This document shows, piece by piece, positions 24,163 through 36,700 of a DNA stretch of 64,000 bases (the first letter of the stretch is position 1; the number at the start of each line of letters is the position of its first letter). The stretch comes from Lepidodermella squamata. Its lineage: Eukaryota > Animalia > Gastrotricha. The DNA is taken from assembly GCA_047495785.1 (NCBI GenBank), contig JBLDXI010000029.1, positions 310,001 through 374,000 of the forward strand. The letters are read 5' to 3'. The notes beneath the pieces are model-generated. The model worked only from the letters and a program-made list of their open reading frames with translations, searched no databases and was not told the origin of the DNA. The translations under genes were made by a program, and so were the position numbers.

Positions 24163-24573
24163 CATGAAACGTACCAGGACGCAGCGCCTCGATTTAGATG
24201 CCTGATTTTTGTGTTATTTTTTAATAAGGTCCGAAGGTCGTTGTAGCTAAAAATAACCTCATTTGCAGCGATCGTTATTTTTCTTCTGCGACCAGCAAAA
24301 AATCTCATTCATGAAAATCACGTATTTACGCAAAGATCAGTTTTTTGCAGTGGCCTGAAGATCTTAAAGAAAACGACGGGCTGCGAAAAAGATCAGTTAT
24401 TCTGTTTTCAATTATAATTTTTACTTACGATGGCAATTTTATTTTTTAACAAATAAAAAATTTGCCATCGAAAGTAATTTTTATGCACACTTATGCTAAA
24501 CACACCACGTGATTTTTTACACAAACCCGGATAATGGGAGCTTCGAAGCCGCTGCGTACTGGTACGTCTCATG
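24163..24573. mobile_element. Non-autonomous P-element-like MITE
   Basis: TIRs CATGAAACGTACCAGGACGCAGCG / CGCTGCGTACTGGTACGTCTCATG; perfect 8-bp TSD TAATCAAC at 24155-24162 and 24574-24581. Confidence 0.85.
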
Positions 24574-24986
24574 TAATCAACGAGCAACCTTGATTAGAGA
24601 GATTGATCGAAATCGCGATATGAGCGACCACTTTTGCAATAACTATAAAGCGTTATTATTATTTTCAAAATCCGGACGTTAGGTTTTTATTGCCCGATTT
24701 TAAGTAATGCGCGATAAAACGTTATGCTGATGGCCGACAGATGTCATTGTGCGCAATCATCATATTTTTTATCGTCCAATATTGTGGGTGTGCGAAACTT
24801 GTTTACATATTATATTTTTTGCCCATTTTTTATTTCGCTCATTATAATACCTCATATTATAATACCGCAGTACGACGTCACTAATGTTAAAGTCAATTTT
24901 CCGCAAACCATTGATTTGAGCATTATTGAGTGTGAGTAATGTAATAGCTCTAACTGAGTGAAATCAAAAACAACGATTGCAAGCTC

Positions 24987-26473
24987 ATGCGAATTTCACA
25001 GCTTCTGACTCTGTTTCCAACGCTTTTGGGTTTAAAGTCGAAAGCGGAAAATGCGGACGTCCAGACTCAAGTGTTCTCAGAATGTAATCTCCTGCCATCA
25101 GCGACAAGTCCAAGCGAACCAAGAAGCAAGGATGAACATAAAAGGCCGACTCCAGTTGACATCAGCTTCATGTACATTCGACTAGTTGATGTGGACGATG
25201 TTGCTGAAACTTTGACGATTACGGGCGGATTCTTCATCCAGTTCTACATCGATTGTGTCGCTAATGTGTCACGGCGGCTGAATGAAACGCGTTTCGTCAA
25301 TCGACACTGGATGATAACTAACACCGAAGATTACTGGCGACCGCCTTATGTCCATAAAAACAGGTAACCAGATGCTTCCAAGTGGGACATAATAGCTATG
25401 AGAATACCGTTCAGGGTAAGGAAATGGATAGGCATGCAGTAGCTGAGCTCAACTCATTCTGCTTTATAAGTTGGTTCATATCAAAATTATAAATTATAAA
25501 TGAATGAAAAAGTGGACGATTCGATTTACTTCCAGCTTCATAATTTTTTTTTCTTCCATTTATATCAGCCGGTTCGACTATGGAATGAGCAAGGATACCT
25601 ACACAGTAATAATGGTACAGCCTTTTGAGGGTCTTGTACAGTACCTCGTGAATGGATTCTACACGCCAAGTTGCAAATTCAACTTTGAAAAGTGAGATTC
25701 CGCATATATATGTTTACTTTACTTTAATTTTAGCCCTAATGAAATGACTAATGCTTCAGATTTCCATACGATGTTGAAAATTGCTCTCTAGTGATCGAGC
25801 TGTGGCAAAAATCTGAAGATGTCACCATAAGGAGCTATTTTTCGTATTTCCTTGATGGAGCTGACAGTTTTATATCCGACAATTTGGGATGGTCTTTGCT
25901 CGGATATGATACCAGCTACAAATTATCTCCGTTTCATCCTGTGGACTACGTAGTCATGGAAGCTTCTATCCTAATCAAAAGGAGGCCTTTCTACTTTCTC
26001 TACAACATTTTGGCTCCATGTTTTCTGCTATCAATCGTCCAGTTGGCTGCGTTTTTCATACCACCGGAACATCCGGATCGTGCAGGGTTAGCTTTCCCAA
26101 ACTTTTTATAAGTGATAACGATGGTACGATCTATTTCATGAATTTCAGGTTTGCTGTGACGATACTACTGAATTTTACTGTCATTCAAGCCCAAGTGCAG
26201 AGTGCCCTGCCGAAAACGCCGGAGAACGTTCTACTCTCGAATTTAATCTTTAGTGAAATGATACTAACCATGTTGATCACCATGTACAGTGCCGCGACGA
26301 ATGCTTGGGTCGATTCGTGCCGTGAACAAGCTGATAGCCTTGTAAAAGTATGCAGGGGCAAGTGGCAGCTACGGTTTTGTCGAGTCATTGACATTGCTTC
26401 GTGCGTCATTACTATCGCTATTCTTGCTGTTATCAACTGCTCCCTTGGTCTAATGATCATTGATGATGAGTAA
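24987..26473 (+). CDS. Orphan Cys-loop ligand-gated ion channel subunit, paralog 2 (4 exons)
   Basis: Very similar protein and the same intron positions as paralog 1; Cys-loop CKFNFEKFPYDVENC. Confidence 0.9.
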
Positions 26474-26557
26474 TTAAGAAATAAAGAAAGCCCAAATATT
26501 TCAACAGTTATTACGTCCAAGGTCAAAGTTTATTGCTCTAAAGGTCGTTGCAGTAGG

Positions 26558-26818
26558 AAAACGCCGGAGAACTTCATACTCTATAATTTAATCTTCAGTG
26601 AAACGATTCTTACCACGTTGATCACCATGTACAGTGTTGCGACGAATGCTTGAGTAGATTCGTGCCGCGAACAAGCTGACAGGATGGTGAACGTGTGTCA
26701 GGCCAGGTGGCAGCTGCGATTCTGCAGAGTCATTGACATAGCTTCATGTGTCATTACAATCATTATTCTCGCTGCTATCAACTGTTCTCTTGGACTTCTG
26801 ATAATTCACGAATCTTGA
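26558..26818 (+). pseudogene. Duplicated, truncated last exon (M3-M4) of the Cys-loop channel family
   Basis: KTPENFILYNLIFSET...ATNA*VDSCREQADRMV...LRFCRVIDIASC; TGG->TGA at 26651-26653; no upstream M2 sequence. Confidence 0.85.
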
Positions 26819-26888
26819 TGGTCTTCAACTTAAGAAAACAGAAATATTTATATGTTTATTTCACTCAATCAAGTTTCGAGATGCAAAC

Positions 26889-27505
26889 CATAGATAAATA
26901 AATACAGTAGATCTGACACGCAAGTACATTTATGTAAATCAGCGAAATCGGTTATGACGCTCTTTGAGATTTTTCAATTTAAAAAAAGGCAGCCTTTTTC
27001 AGTTGACAGCTGCTCACTCTTTGCCGTACACAGATTATTACCCTCATCAAGTGATTTCTTCAGGCACGCGACCCAAAAAGCAAAAAATCGTGATTAGTCA
27101 TCTCGGCACACATAAATGTACTAGCGTGTCAGATCTACTGTATTTATTTATCTACATAGATAAATAAATAAGATTGTAAGATTGTAAGATAAATAAGATT
27201 GTATAAGATGTATTTATTTATCTACATAGATAAATAAATAAGAGAGATCTGACACGCTAGTACATTTATGTGTGCCGAAATGAGTCATCACGATTTTTTG
27301 CTTTCTTGGTCGCGTGACCAGTTTTTCACTTGTCAAGAACTCTATACGAAGTACGACCAAATCAACGCGACTGACAAGTGATTCCGGGTGGCTACTTCAC
27401 CTCAATTTATCTCAAATTTCTCAAATCTCAAATCACTCATTTCGGCATACATAAATGTACTAGCGTGTCAGATCTCTCTTATTTATTTATCTATGTTTAT
27501 CTATG
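26889..27505. mobile_element. Cluster of nested P-element-like MITEs with CATAGATAAATAAATA termini
   Basis: Element A 26889-27154 has long TIRs (CATAGATAAATAAATACAGTAGATCTGACACG). Element B 27225-27495 has ~60-bp TIRs and an 8-bp TSD TTTATCTA (27217-27224, 27496-27503). A short TIR-only remnant lies at 27155-27224. Confidence 0.8.
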
Positions 27506-27788
27506 ACGCCGCCTAAAATATACTGATGGCGTCATTTGAAAGAACGCACTTGGAAACGGTAGGCAATGGAGAGTTGAACAATGATAATGTATGGCGCTTT
27601 GATGATATCATAGACATCATTGACTTTGAACAGAAGAAGCACAACAGTTTTGAAATAGAATAACTTCAAAATAAACATAAAATTAAATATTACGAATCGC
27701 ATGGGCAACAGAGTTTGAACTTTCTAGTCACTCTGAAATGATAAATAACAGTAAGTAACATTTGCGTGTTATACATGTTGAAAATTCT

Positions 27789-30700
27789 TTATCTCGGCGC
27801 AGTCACCTCGGCATCTTCAATAGCTTTGCAGGCAATCAACGCAGCAGCTGCCGGTAAATCGATTTCAGCGCTTTCGCCGAGTCGCTTGATCGACAAGTCA
27901 ACGATGTAGCGCTTGAATAACTCCAACATGGTGTTGACACGTGAATGCACCGGTATGATGTGATATTTGATGCCTTTATCCTTGATCTTCTTTAAAACGT
28001 CGATTTCGTTTAGTTTGCACGGACAGCCATCGGGATACCTATCACCGTAGCTACCGAACTGCCGGCCGTGGGGTGGGGCGTCTAATATGTGAATCAGCAC
28101 CTTGCCGCATTCTCCGCGCCAACTCATCTCAGCTGCTCGATTCAAACCATCTAGCACAGCCTCATGATTGTCATCTCCACCATCGGCAACGAGACTCCTA
28201 ATGAACGTTATTGCGTCAGCGGCATCCGTTAAATCTTTGCTTTGTAAAATTAGTTCTCCGTCGCTGTGGTCCCTATAAGCGACCATGCCAAAGCGAATGC
28301 AGCTAGTCTTTTTTCCCAATCTCTGCAGCTGCTCGAAAGACGTACCGATGATGCGCTGAATAGCTTCCACGCACAGTGGAATATAATCCTCCATTGAGGC
28401 CGTAGCGTCCATGCAAAAAACCATGTCCACGCCTGAGAAACAAGTTCTTTCATAGTCGTGGCAAACGAACCGATGGTCTCGCGCGAGAATCGAATCCGAA
28501 TGCCAGGCTGTTTCTTGGCAGAATTGTTTTTCGTCGTGATAATGAGAGCTATCGGGACAATAGAAATTGCACTGGTGAAGAGTTTCATCTGCAATAGGCG
28601 GTGCCCAATTCTGATGTTCCCAGTAGATCCGGCACAAGTATTTGTCGTAGACCTTATCGACATGAGGATAGAATCTCTCGTCTTCGCCGCAATGCTTGAC
28701 GCCGTTTCCAATTTTCTTCTCACCACACATGTCGCCTCCCCTGCAGGGAATCAAGTGGAAATGGGCAGGACCCCTGCGTTTGCATTGTTGCTCGCATGTC
28801 TCCGCAATGAGCTCACGTCCGAGCTCGTAATTCCGCTCCGCCTTCTTCCCAGCCACCACAGCGGGGACTGTGATTGTAACATCGTTTGTCTTGGCGACGC
28901 AGACGCAATCCTCCATATTGCGATGGTTCATTGCCATGTGTACGCCGGCATGTCCGAATTTCTCACGGCAAAAGCTGCGGCACTGCGGGCATTGCTCGTT
29001 GCAGGTGTGTTGTTTTAAGCAGTGATGCGGTTCGTCGTGGTTCCAAGTGCGTTTGGGGAGTAAAAGCTGGCAGCCTCCTCTTTCCTCAACAGGCCTGTGA
29101 TAGGTATATTTGACGGAATTGCCGTTAAACTCAAGATCCCGCCACTCTTCAATGTAATGTATCTCGCACGTTCCGTCAACTTCACACTTTGCCAAGCATC
29201 TGTGCGTATTTTCGCAGAGATGCAGCTTCACAGTCACGCCTCTGCTTCTCGGACGCGGATCAGGAATCTGCTCTGCATGCTCGTCGTGATTGTGAGGGCC
29301 TGTGCATGGTGCATCGCAGAATATGCAGGATTTCAGACAGCGCGTCTCATCGCAAATGTGCGAGTTGTGAGCTTCTGTTATCGACTTGGTGCACATTCTC
29401 GGGCAGTACTTACAAGTTCTAGAGCATTGATGCCTTGAATTGCAGTCGTGATTCAGCGAGCTATCGTGGCCCAGAGCATAGGCACACTTTTTGCGCGTGT
29501 TAGCTCCGCAAACTGCACAAAGCTCTTTGCAATCGTGTTTTGGCTTGTTGCAAATATGATTCCCATCATGGCCAGCTTGGCCTTTGCACGGCAGTGACTC
29601 ACCAAGGCAAATGTCGCAAACCTGATCGCAGATATGGTCCGTGTTGCACCGGCATCGCAGGTTGGCCTCCAACTGCTCCACCTCGCGAGCCAGGCTTAAA
29701 TACTCGTTGCTAATGCTTATCTTGATTTGCAAAGAGGCGATTGCGTCGAGCGCTTGCTTTTCTTTGGTTGCTGCCTCGTCAATTTGCTTTTGCAGCTCTC
29801 CAGGATCTATGTTCAACGAAGGCAGCCTGGCTAGTTTAAGCTGAATTGAAACAACTTGTTCATTGAGAGTTGCTATCTGACCACGAATTATCGCCAAGTT
29901 CTTATCGCAATCAATGAGCGTTTCGAAGTGGCCGAGCCAATTCATCAACTGATCGACAGCAAGTTCCATTTCGTGAATGCAGATGCCAATGCGCTGACGA
30001 CCATTCTCCGCAATTGACTTCATTCTGTCGCCTTGGGATATTTTCTCCGATCGAATTTTCTCCAAATCATCCATCTCATTCTGCTTGATGCAACGTTGTG
30101 ATTTGATTTTTTCGAGTTTCGAAGAATCTCGCTGCAGAGCACTTTTGGCTTCAGCTAGTTGTGATTGCTGCTGCAGTAACAGTTGATGCAAATTCGCGAT
30201 TTCTCCCTGAATTCGACTGATATTTAGCTTAATTTCCTGCAAATCCATAAGAGCATTTGGCATATGTTCGTTGCTTAGAGATAATGAATCGTTCCCAAGA
30301 CCAGAATTAACCGATAGGAAAACAATCTTCTGTCTGGTTTTTAGTAATTCGGTTCTGCTAGCACTCCCCCTGTTAAAAAAAGAAGATTTTATCTTCGACA
30401 ATGCCATAACTTAGACAAAATGATGTAAGTTAGAGTACCAGCACTCCAAACGAAACGTATCCACTGCATAGCCAAAGGATCAGCTATGCTGTTTTTGGAA
30501 AAGCGTTTTGGAAAATGGGGCTTCAAATTTTCATGGCTAATTATGTATAAAAATTTACAATTCGTTTACTGTCGCGATAAAATATGCTCAGACGCCGAAA
30601 AATTGTATCAAAAAGGATATGTATTAATCAGTGTATATTTTAAGGAAAAGTTACGTGTTTGCCCAGAACAGTTCGGTGCTTACATCTATTCCGTTAGCGT

Positions 30701-33700
30701 TTCGGTATAACTCTCTAATTGACGGTAATTGGTTTAACGCAGCACGCAAGCAAGGTTACCTTAATGCTTGTGCGGTAAAACTAAAGCCGCCGTGTCATCA
30801 AGTTTATACCGCACGCTGCGTCAGTTTTACCGTAGAAGAACTATTTAACGTAAGCGTTTGTCTGTGTGAGGCTGAAAAGGCGAGCACAAGAAACATGCTG
30901 CCTATGAGACATGAAGGAATAACGCACACCATGGACCATGGTAACGCGTCAAATTTTCAATTAGCATTGGAAGACATGCACTACAGCGGTTGCGTAACAC
31001 GCGCTATTGTTCGCGAGCGGCTGCGCGCGCGTGCATCATCGGATAACCAATTGTGGCGACGCGGATCCAACTCCATTTCTATTTCTCTATAATATGAGCT
31101 AAACTTACCGCTGAGAACTTAATTTTACCCCACGAAGTATTTGCACGCTTTAGTGTCGAAGTGTAGTGCCGTTTATGGTAAATTGTTTACCGCAACTAGA
31201 GAACAGTGGCGAGATGGAGTTACCGTCATATGGAGAGTTATACCGAAATGCTAGCGATTCACCTCATATTCAACGGAATTTATCTATATAAAACTACCGA
31301 AAACGTATCATGAAAATAGCTTCGCCTCCTTTCCCCAACTATTTCAAGCGGCTGCCGAAATTGACAAAAAATCGCAACACGCGATGAAACTTCATAATGA
31401 TTGCTAAAATACTTTTATGACAATCAAATTTGAGGGTCTCATTGTGCTTGAGGTAAATCGTAGGATTTCTGAGCGCGCGCTGATTGGTCACCGACTACAC
31501 CGACTATTTTCGCTGTTTAAATTGTAAAACCTGTAAATTGTAAACCCCATAAAAACACTGATAAAAACTCAGGTCTCGGGTAAACTTTTTGCATTGGTGA
31601 CATCAACATCTTTGCTGTACTTAAAGCGTGCAATTTTCAGGATAAATTATGATTCGTACATGTTTAGCTAATTGCTAAAGTAGACTTTTTCATCGCAATA
31701 ATTACTAAGAATAATTAACGGTCCTCCCAGCCACCACACCGCGTAATGTTTTGGTATTTGGTAGAAGCGAAAAATGCAACATCAGCTTTTCGAAATTATT
31801 CCGAATTTATTGAACCGTAGGTGATCAGAAAAGGTATAATTTCTAAGGCATATGATGTATTATCAGAGCTATGTAAATTTTTTCTTCAATCATTTCTTTG
31901 ATTGAAGATTCTGATTGAATCCCTAGCCCTAGCTCGTGTCCAAAAATTGCACATAGCGAAGAAATCCCGAAGTCAGGGCTACACATTGATATCAGACTTG
32001 TGAAAAGATTCGCCGGAGAAAGAAAATTGCTGGGTTTAGAGGTTTTAAAATTTGTTGTCGTATACTTCCTTTCTCTTCTAGGCAACCAATGAAAAGTTTT
32101 AAACGACGACTGTTTGCAACGAATGGTACGCAAAAAGTCAAGGCGACAATTAGTGGTAAACCGTTGAAGTTTTTTGGGGGAAAAAGCCAATGTAAAAGGC
32201 ATTACTATTAGGGCCACCTTCCACCTTATTCTCGCTCTTTTCTCGCTGGCCAATCCGCGGCACACGTTAAGAATATGTTATAATGATTATGTTATTTCTC
32301 ATCAATTGATTCACAGCGGAAGCTTGCCCGTCACTTCACTTTTTGTCATTTTGCATCTATCTGAATCCTCGATTTCAAGATATATCATTTATTATAATAA
32401 AGGAGAATCGTACCTTTCTCGCGCAATTTCTATCTCCCATGGTTCCACAGGTACTCCGTGGCTGTTTTTGCCGCTTCGGTCCATCGTATCAGCTTCCATG
32501 GTGTACTTTGTTAGAAGATCAATATGACGTTTCGCTGACTCCTCTATTTCCCTAATTTCAGGAATAAATTGTCCGTGCTGATCAGGGAATTCGGGCGGGG
32601 CCCCTACCGATTGCTCTTGGATATGGATTGCAAGTTGGTCTCCATTTCCTTCTGGTGCACTCTCTGCCGCTGTAAGTAAATCACAGCTGGCTACATCGGC
32701 GGCCGATGGTGATAGTGTTGAATTGATTGAGCGGAGAATTGATTTCAGGTTATCGTTTGTAAAACCATCATATCGGACACCGAAAGCTTCTTCATTGGCC
32801 TGAAATGACTTCAGTTCATTTTGTTTGCGGGACAGGTCCTCATTAATCTGATTCAGTTCCTTTTCTACCACGGAAACGGCAATATCCTTAATTCGAACAG
32901 TCTCGTCTAGGCAACAAATCTCTTCATCCATATCGCTCAATTCAGAACGAAGTTGTTCAAGCTGGCTTTCAACAGCATGAATCTCACTCGCATCCTTTGT
33001 GGGACTTGATTCATCCCATGCAGTTGAAGCGGAGTTGAGGATTGCCTCGTATTGAGAAATCTGTTTCTTGTAATGTTGCCATCTCTCGATTTCAGCCTGG
33101 AGACACTCTGGAGAATCGACAGGCTTGCCACAGGCTTCTATGAGCTCACGCATGAACAATTCTATGCCTCTCAGCACAGTTCCGAAATCTCCTAGAGCAG
33201 GGTCGATATCAACCGCGTCAGCAAGATGGGATGAAAGCACGTCTCCAAGCGGTTTACAAATGGACAGGTAATGAGACCGAAATTCTTCGGAAACGGAAAC
33301 TGCCGACAGTGGTATCTTACCTTCCAACACAATTTTGTCATGCTGTTGTAAATAGCGCTTCTCCTCATCCATCTTCGCATTCATATCACTTTGTAGCTTA
33401 TTTTCACTTTTCTGAAGTTCGCAACGTTCGACGTAGTCATTTCTAATCTTTTCTGCCTCCTCCTTCTCCTTTCTGTACTTGTCGTGCTCATCATTCGCCT
33501 CGGATAGTTGAGACTGTAGCTTGTTGTCAGGTTGTTCGTCCCCCGATGAACTTGGCTTCAAAACGTCAAGCCTCGCTTGTTTCTCACGGCGTTCTGCATC
33601 ATTGGCTTCTTTATGACCCTTCCGTTCGGTGCATCGCAAGTAGCAGGATTCGCACTTGTTCATACACAGAGCAAAGTTGGCTCCTAATCCTTCAATTTTG

Positions 33701-36700
33701 TTCTCAATGACTGTGTGAAAGGCAGCGTGTTCGTCCGGTGACAATACTCGAGAAAGTGAGGTGAGCTCTACCTTTGCACTGTCTCTCATAGCTTCGCGGC
33801 GAGTTCTAACGAACTCGATAATCGCTTTATTGAATAGATCCCAGAAATAGTTGAACTCAACTTTCGAGAACTTGGGATCAACGCTATTGAACAGCTTCTT
33901 CTTAAGAGCTTCACAAATGATCGCATAATCGTCATCATCGGGATACGCAAATGTTGGCACATCATGCTGATTCACTTCAATCACCTTGCCATTACGTGGA
34001 AAGGTTACTCTGAGAGGCGGGCAGTTGATCGCCTGCCCCAAGTTGCCCCAAGAAGCGACAATTCGTCTTTCAGCGAGGTCTCTTAGCAACTCTTTTCTAT
34101 GACTGTCTCCATCTTGAAGATCGTCCTGGGTAACCATCATCATGACTATCTTGAGTGATTGAAGCAGTTCCGTGGCTGAGTCCCAGCGGTTGGCATCCAT
34201 TCCCTTGCCTCTTATGAATCCATTCCGCAGGTGATCAAGATCCTCCAGAAAATTCGAGTTTGTCGGGGCGTCGAGACATTCAAGCGATACTGAGCTACCA
34301 AACAGTCTCTGAAGAAATTTATAACTGCCGTTGCGCAGTAACATATCAAGTTGTCTGACATATTCTTCTTCCAATCCCTCTCTATCATGCTCAGCCACAT
34401 TGCGGATAACCGTCATCAGCGAACCCTTGAAGTAACTCTTACCGATGATTCGACCGACCGCATTGCTCAGCTTGCCGAAGAAGTGACTAATATGTTTACT
34501 GAAGTCAAAATTTTGATTCAAGATGGTGATGTCGCAAATGGCTGCCAGAACTGTGAGTAGCTTGATCTCCTCGAGTTCCTTGCGGTCACTACTGAACAAA
34601 CCCTCGCAGTCCAATATAATAAAATCGCGCTGTTCTTCCTCGGGGCCGCTTAGCATCCTGGCGTAACTCATCCAGATGCCGTCGGTGCAGCGGGACGCGG
34701 CGACGCTGAAACGCGTTCCAAACAGGCGGTTCAACAAGTAGCTCTTCCCCGAGGACTGCACCCCAGCAATGCCGATGACGCTAACACGTCGACCGCTGCC
34801 TAGCAATTCCAACACACTTTCGAGATGTCCTACAGTTACGCGACCAGCAAGCTCGGCAATTTGCGTTGCTTTGTCACTCCTCATTCGAAGCCTTCGACCG
34901 TCGATCAGTGGTAGCAGGTTGTTCTCTTCTATCGTGCATATGTGGACTGGCGCACGTGTGAGGAGAACGCTGATGAGCTGTTCGTTTTCAAGCGTCAAGG
35001 CTTGCAATTGCAGAGAGTCCAATCGCTTCACTCCGGTAGGCTTAACGGGCCACTTATTCGAGTATCCTACCACCAGTGGTTTCAGCTTGATCTCGTCTTT
35101 GTCAACGACCACGTCGTAACAGATATTCCCCGGACAGCCGACAAAGTCAGACGGTGGGCCGTATTTAAGATAACTTGCATAGACTATGTCGATGACTGGA
35201 TTTCCACGAATCTTCTTTTGCGTGACTTCTGAATCTTTTCCCTTTCGAACTGAGAGGTCGGACGATAGTCCGGGCAGAACGAAGCTCCTTAATTCTTTCG
35301 GATCCAGGATCGAAAGATAGACATTCGCCTTGTCGTAGAACAGTTTCATGTTCCGAGAACCATCGCAATCTATGGATCCCAGTAGATTGTATGACCAATC
35401 ATAGATGTCCGTTCTGGATGCACTTCGCAAGATGAAAAAAGATCGGTTTTTCGTAAGATGAACGCTCTCGTAAATTTCGCCGTTCTTGCCCCGCAGAATC
35501 CGCCTTTTTGAATGATCTAGGTGACAACATTCTTCCACTTCCTTCGTAAAGAGATTATAACGGAACAGCTGACCATTTTTCATTAGAAGCAGAACATTCT
35601 GGCGATTCTCTTGGAGAGCCATCGAAAGGAGTTCACCTTTTATATTAGGAAGGGGGAAATGCCTGCCTTTGTTCGAACATTTGATGGAGTCGCTAAATGT
35701 TATATCATATAGATCCATCGCATGGGCATTTTTATCCCAGGCTGCGATCATTGCTGACTTGTCGCCAGGTTCGTAAGCGATGACAGCGCCTGACTTCATC
35801 TCCGCAATTCTCCGGACGTCTTTGGATGAAACTAGCAAAAGTAGGGTGGTTGCGTAATTTGTGCAGACCATCGAAACCAAGAATGCCTCACTATTCCACA
35901 ATGGCATACATGAATTTACGGTACCATTTCGCAAGACGTCGGAAAAATTGCGTATTTCCAAGCTTCGAGGAAGCAGTTCTCGCAATTTTTCTGGCGTTAT
36001 TTTGCACATCCATTGCAGTGGGGCATAAGTCATTGATTCGAATCCACCATCGCTACTATGAACAGCGTTAAGCATGCACGGAGACAAAGTCAGACTTAAT
36101 TTTTCTTTCGACTCGCTAATATTTGCCACCGAAGACAAGATGTCCGTGCACGTTATGTTGAAACACTGAATTTGGCTATGGATTTCCTCGCTTCTAGCAC
36201 GCACCATCTCGAAAAGTCTCGGCTGAACGATGCCCGTAAAGTCGTTGTAAGCATCGGACTTTTGTCCTGTAATCTTGGCGTGCCAATAGTTCCACAACGT
36301 ACTTATGAATTCGTCGGTAACTGCTGAAACGCTGAAGCTGGATTTTGCAGAACTGATATTAAAAGAGCTTGTAACTTTGCTAACAAGCATTGGCTGTAGA
36401 AGTTCGGCAGTATTACCATGAACCTTCAAAGCTTTGCAATTGAATTGATAGCTGCGGGTGGAGGACGAATAATTGCCGAAGCTGTTTGTGTAGCCGACAG
36501 GACCCCGCAGCTCTTTTTCCACACTTGGCATCCACGTTGATAACTCATCTGCGAACAGCTTACTTATGGCCTTCAGATTTTTTGTGTACTCTTCGTGCGC
36601 TTTTGTTATTTTTTTTCTCATTTTATCGTCCCGGTAGTAGTTAGCCCCGAGTTTCTTCATTTCAACTTCCACGGCCGATTCACTGCCCCGCGATGTTTGC

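Noticed and set aside
26651-26653. In-frame TGA as selenocysteine/readthrough, or an alternative last exon
   Set aside because: It replaces a conserved Trp codon (TGG), and the copy lacks M2 and the paralogous splice acceptor; simple decay is more parsimonious.
26889-27505. CRISPR-like or satellite array
   Set aside because: The repeats are inverted TIR pairs with a TSD, not direct repeats with unique spacers; the context is eukaryotic and has no cas genes.
30486-32265. ORFs 30631-31092 and 31843-32265 as a transposase or nested genes
   Set aside because: No DDE or other motifs; they lie in intron/MITE sequence and have non-ATG starts.
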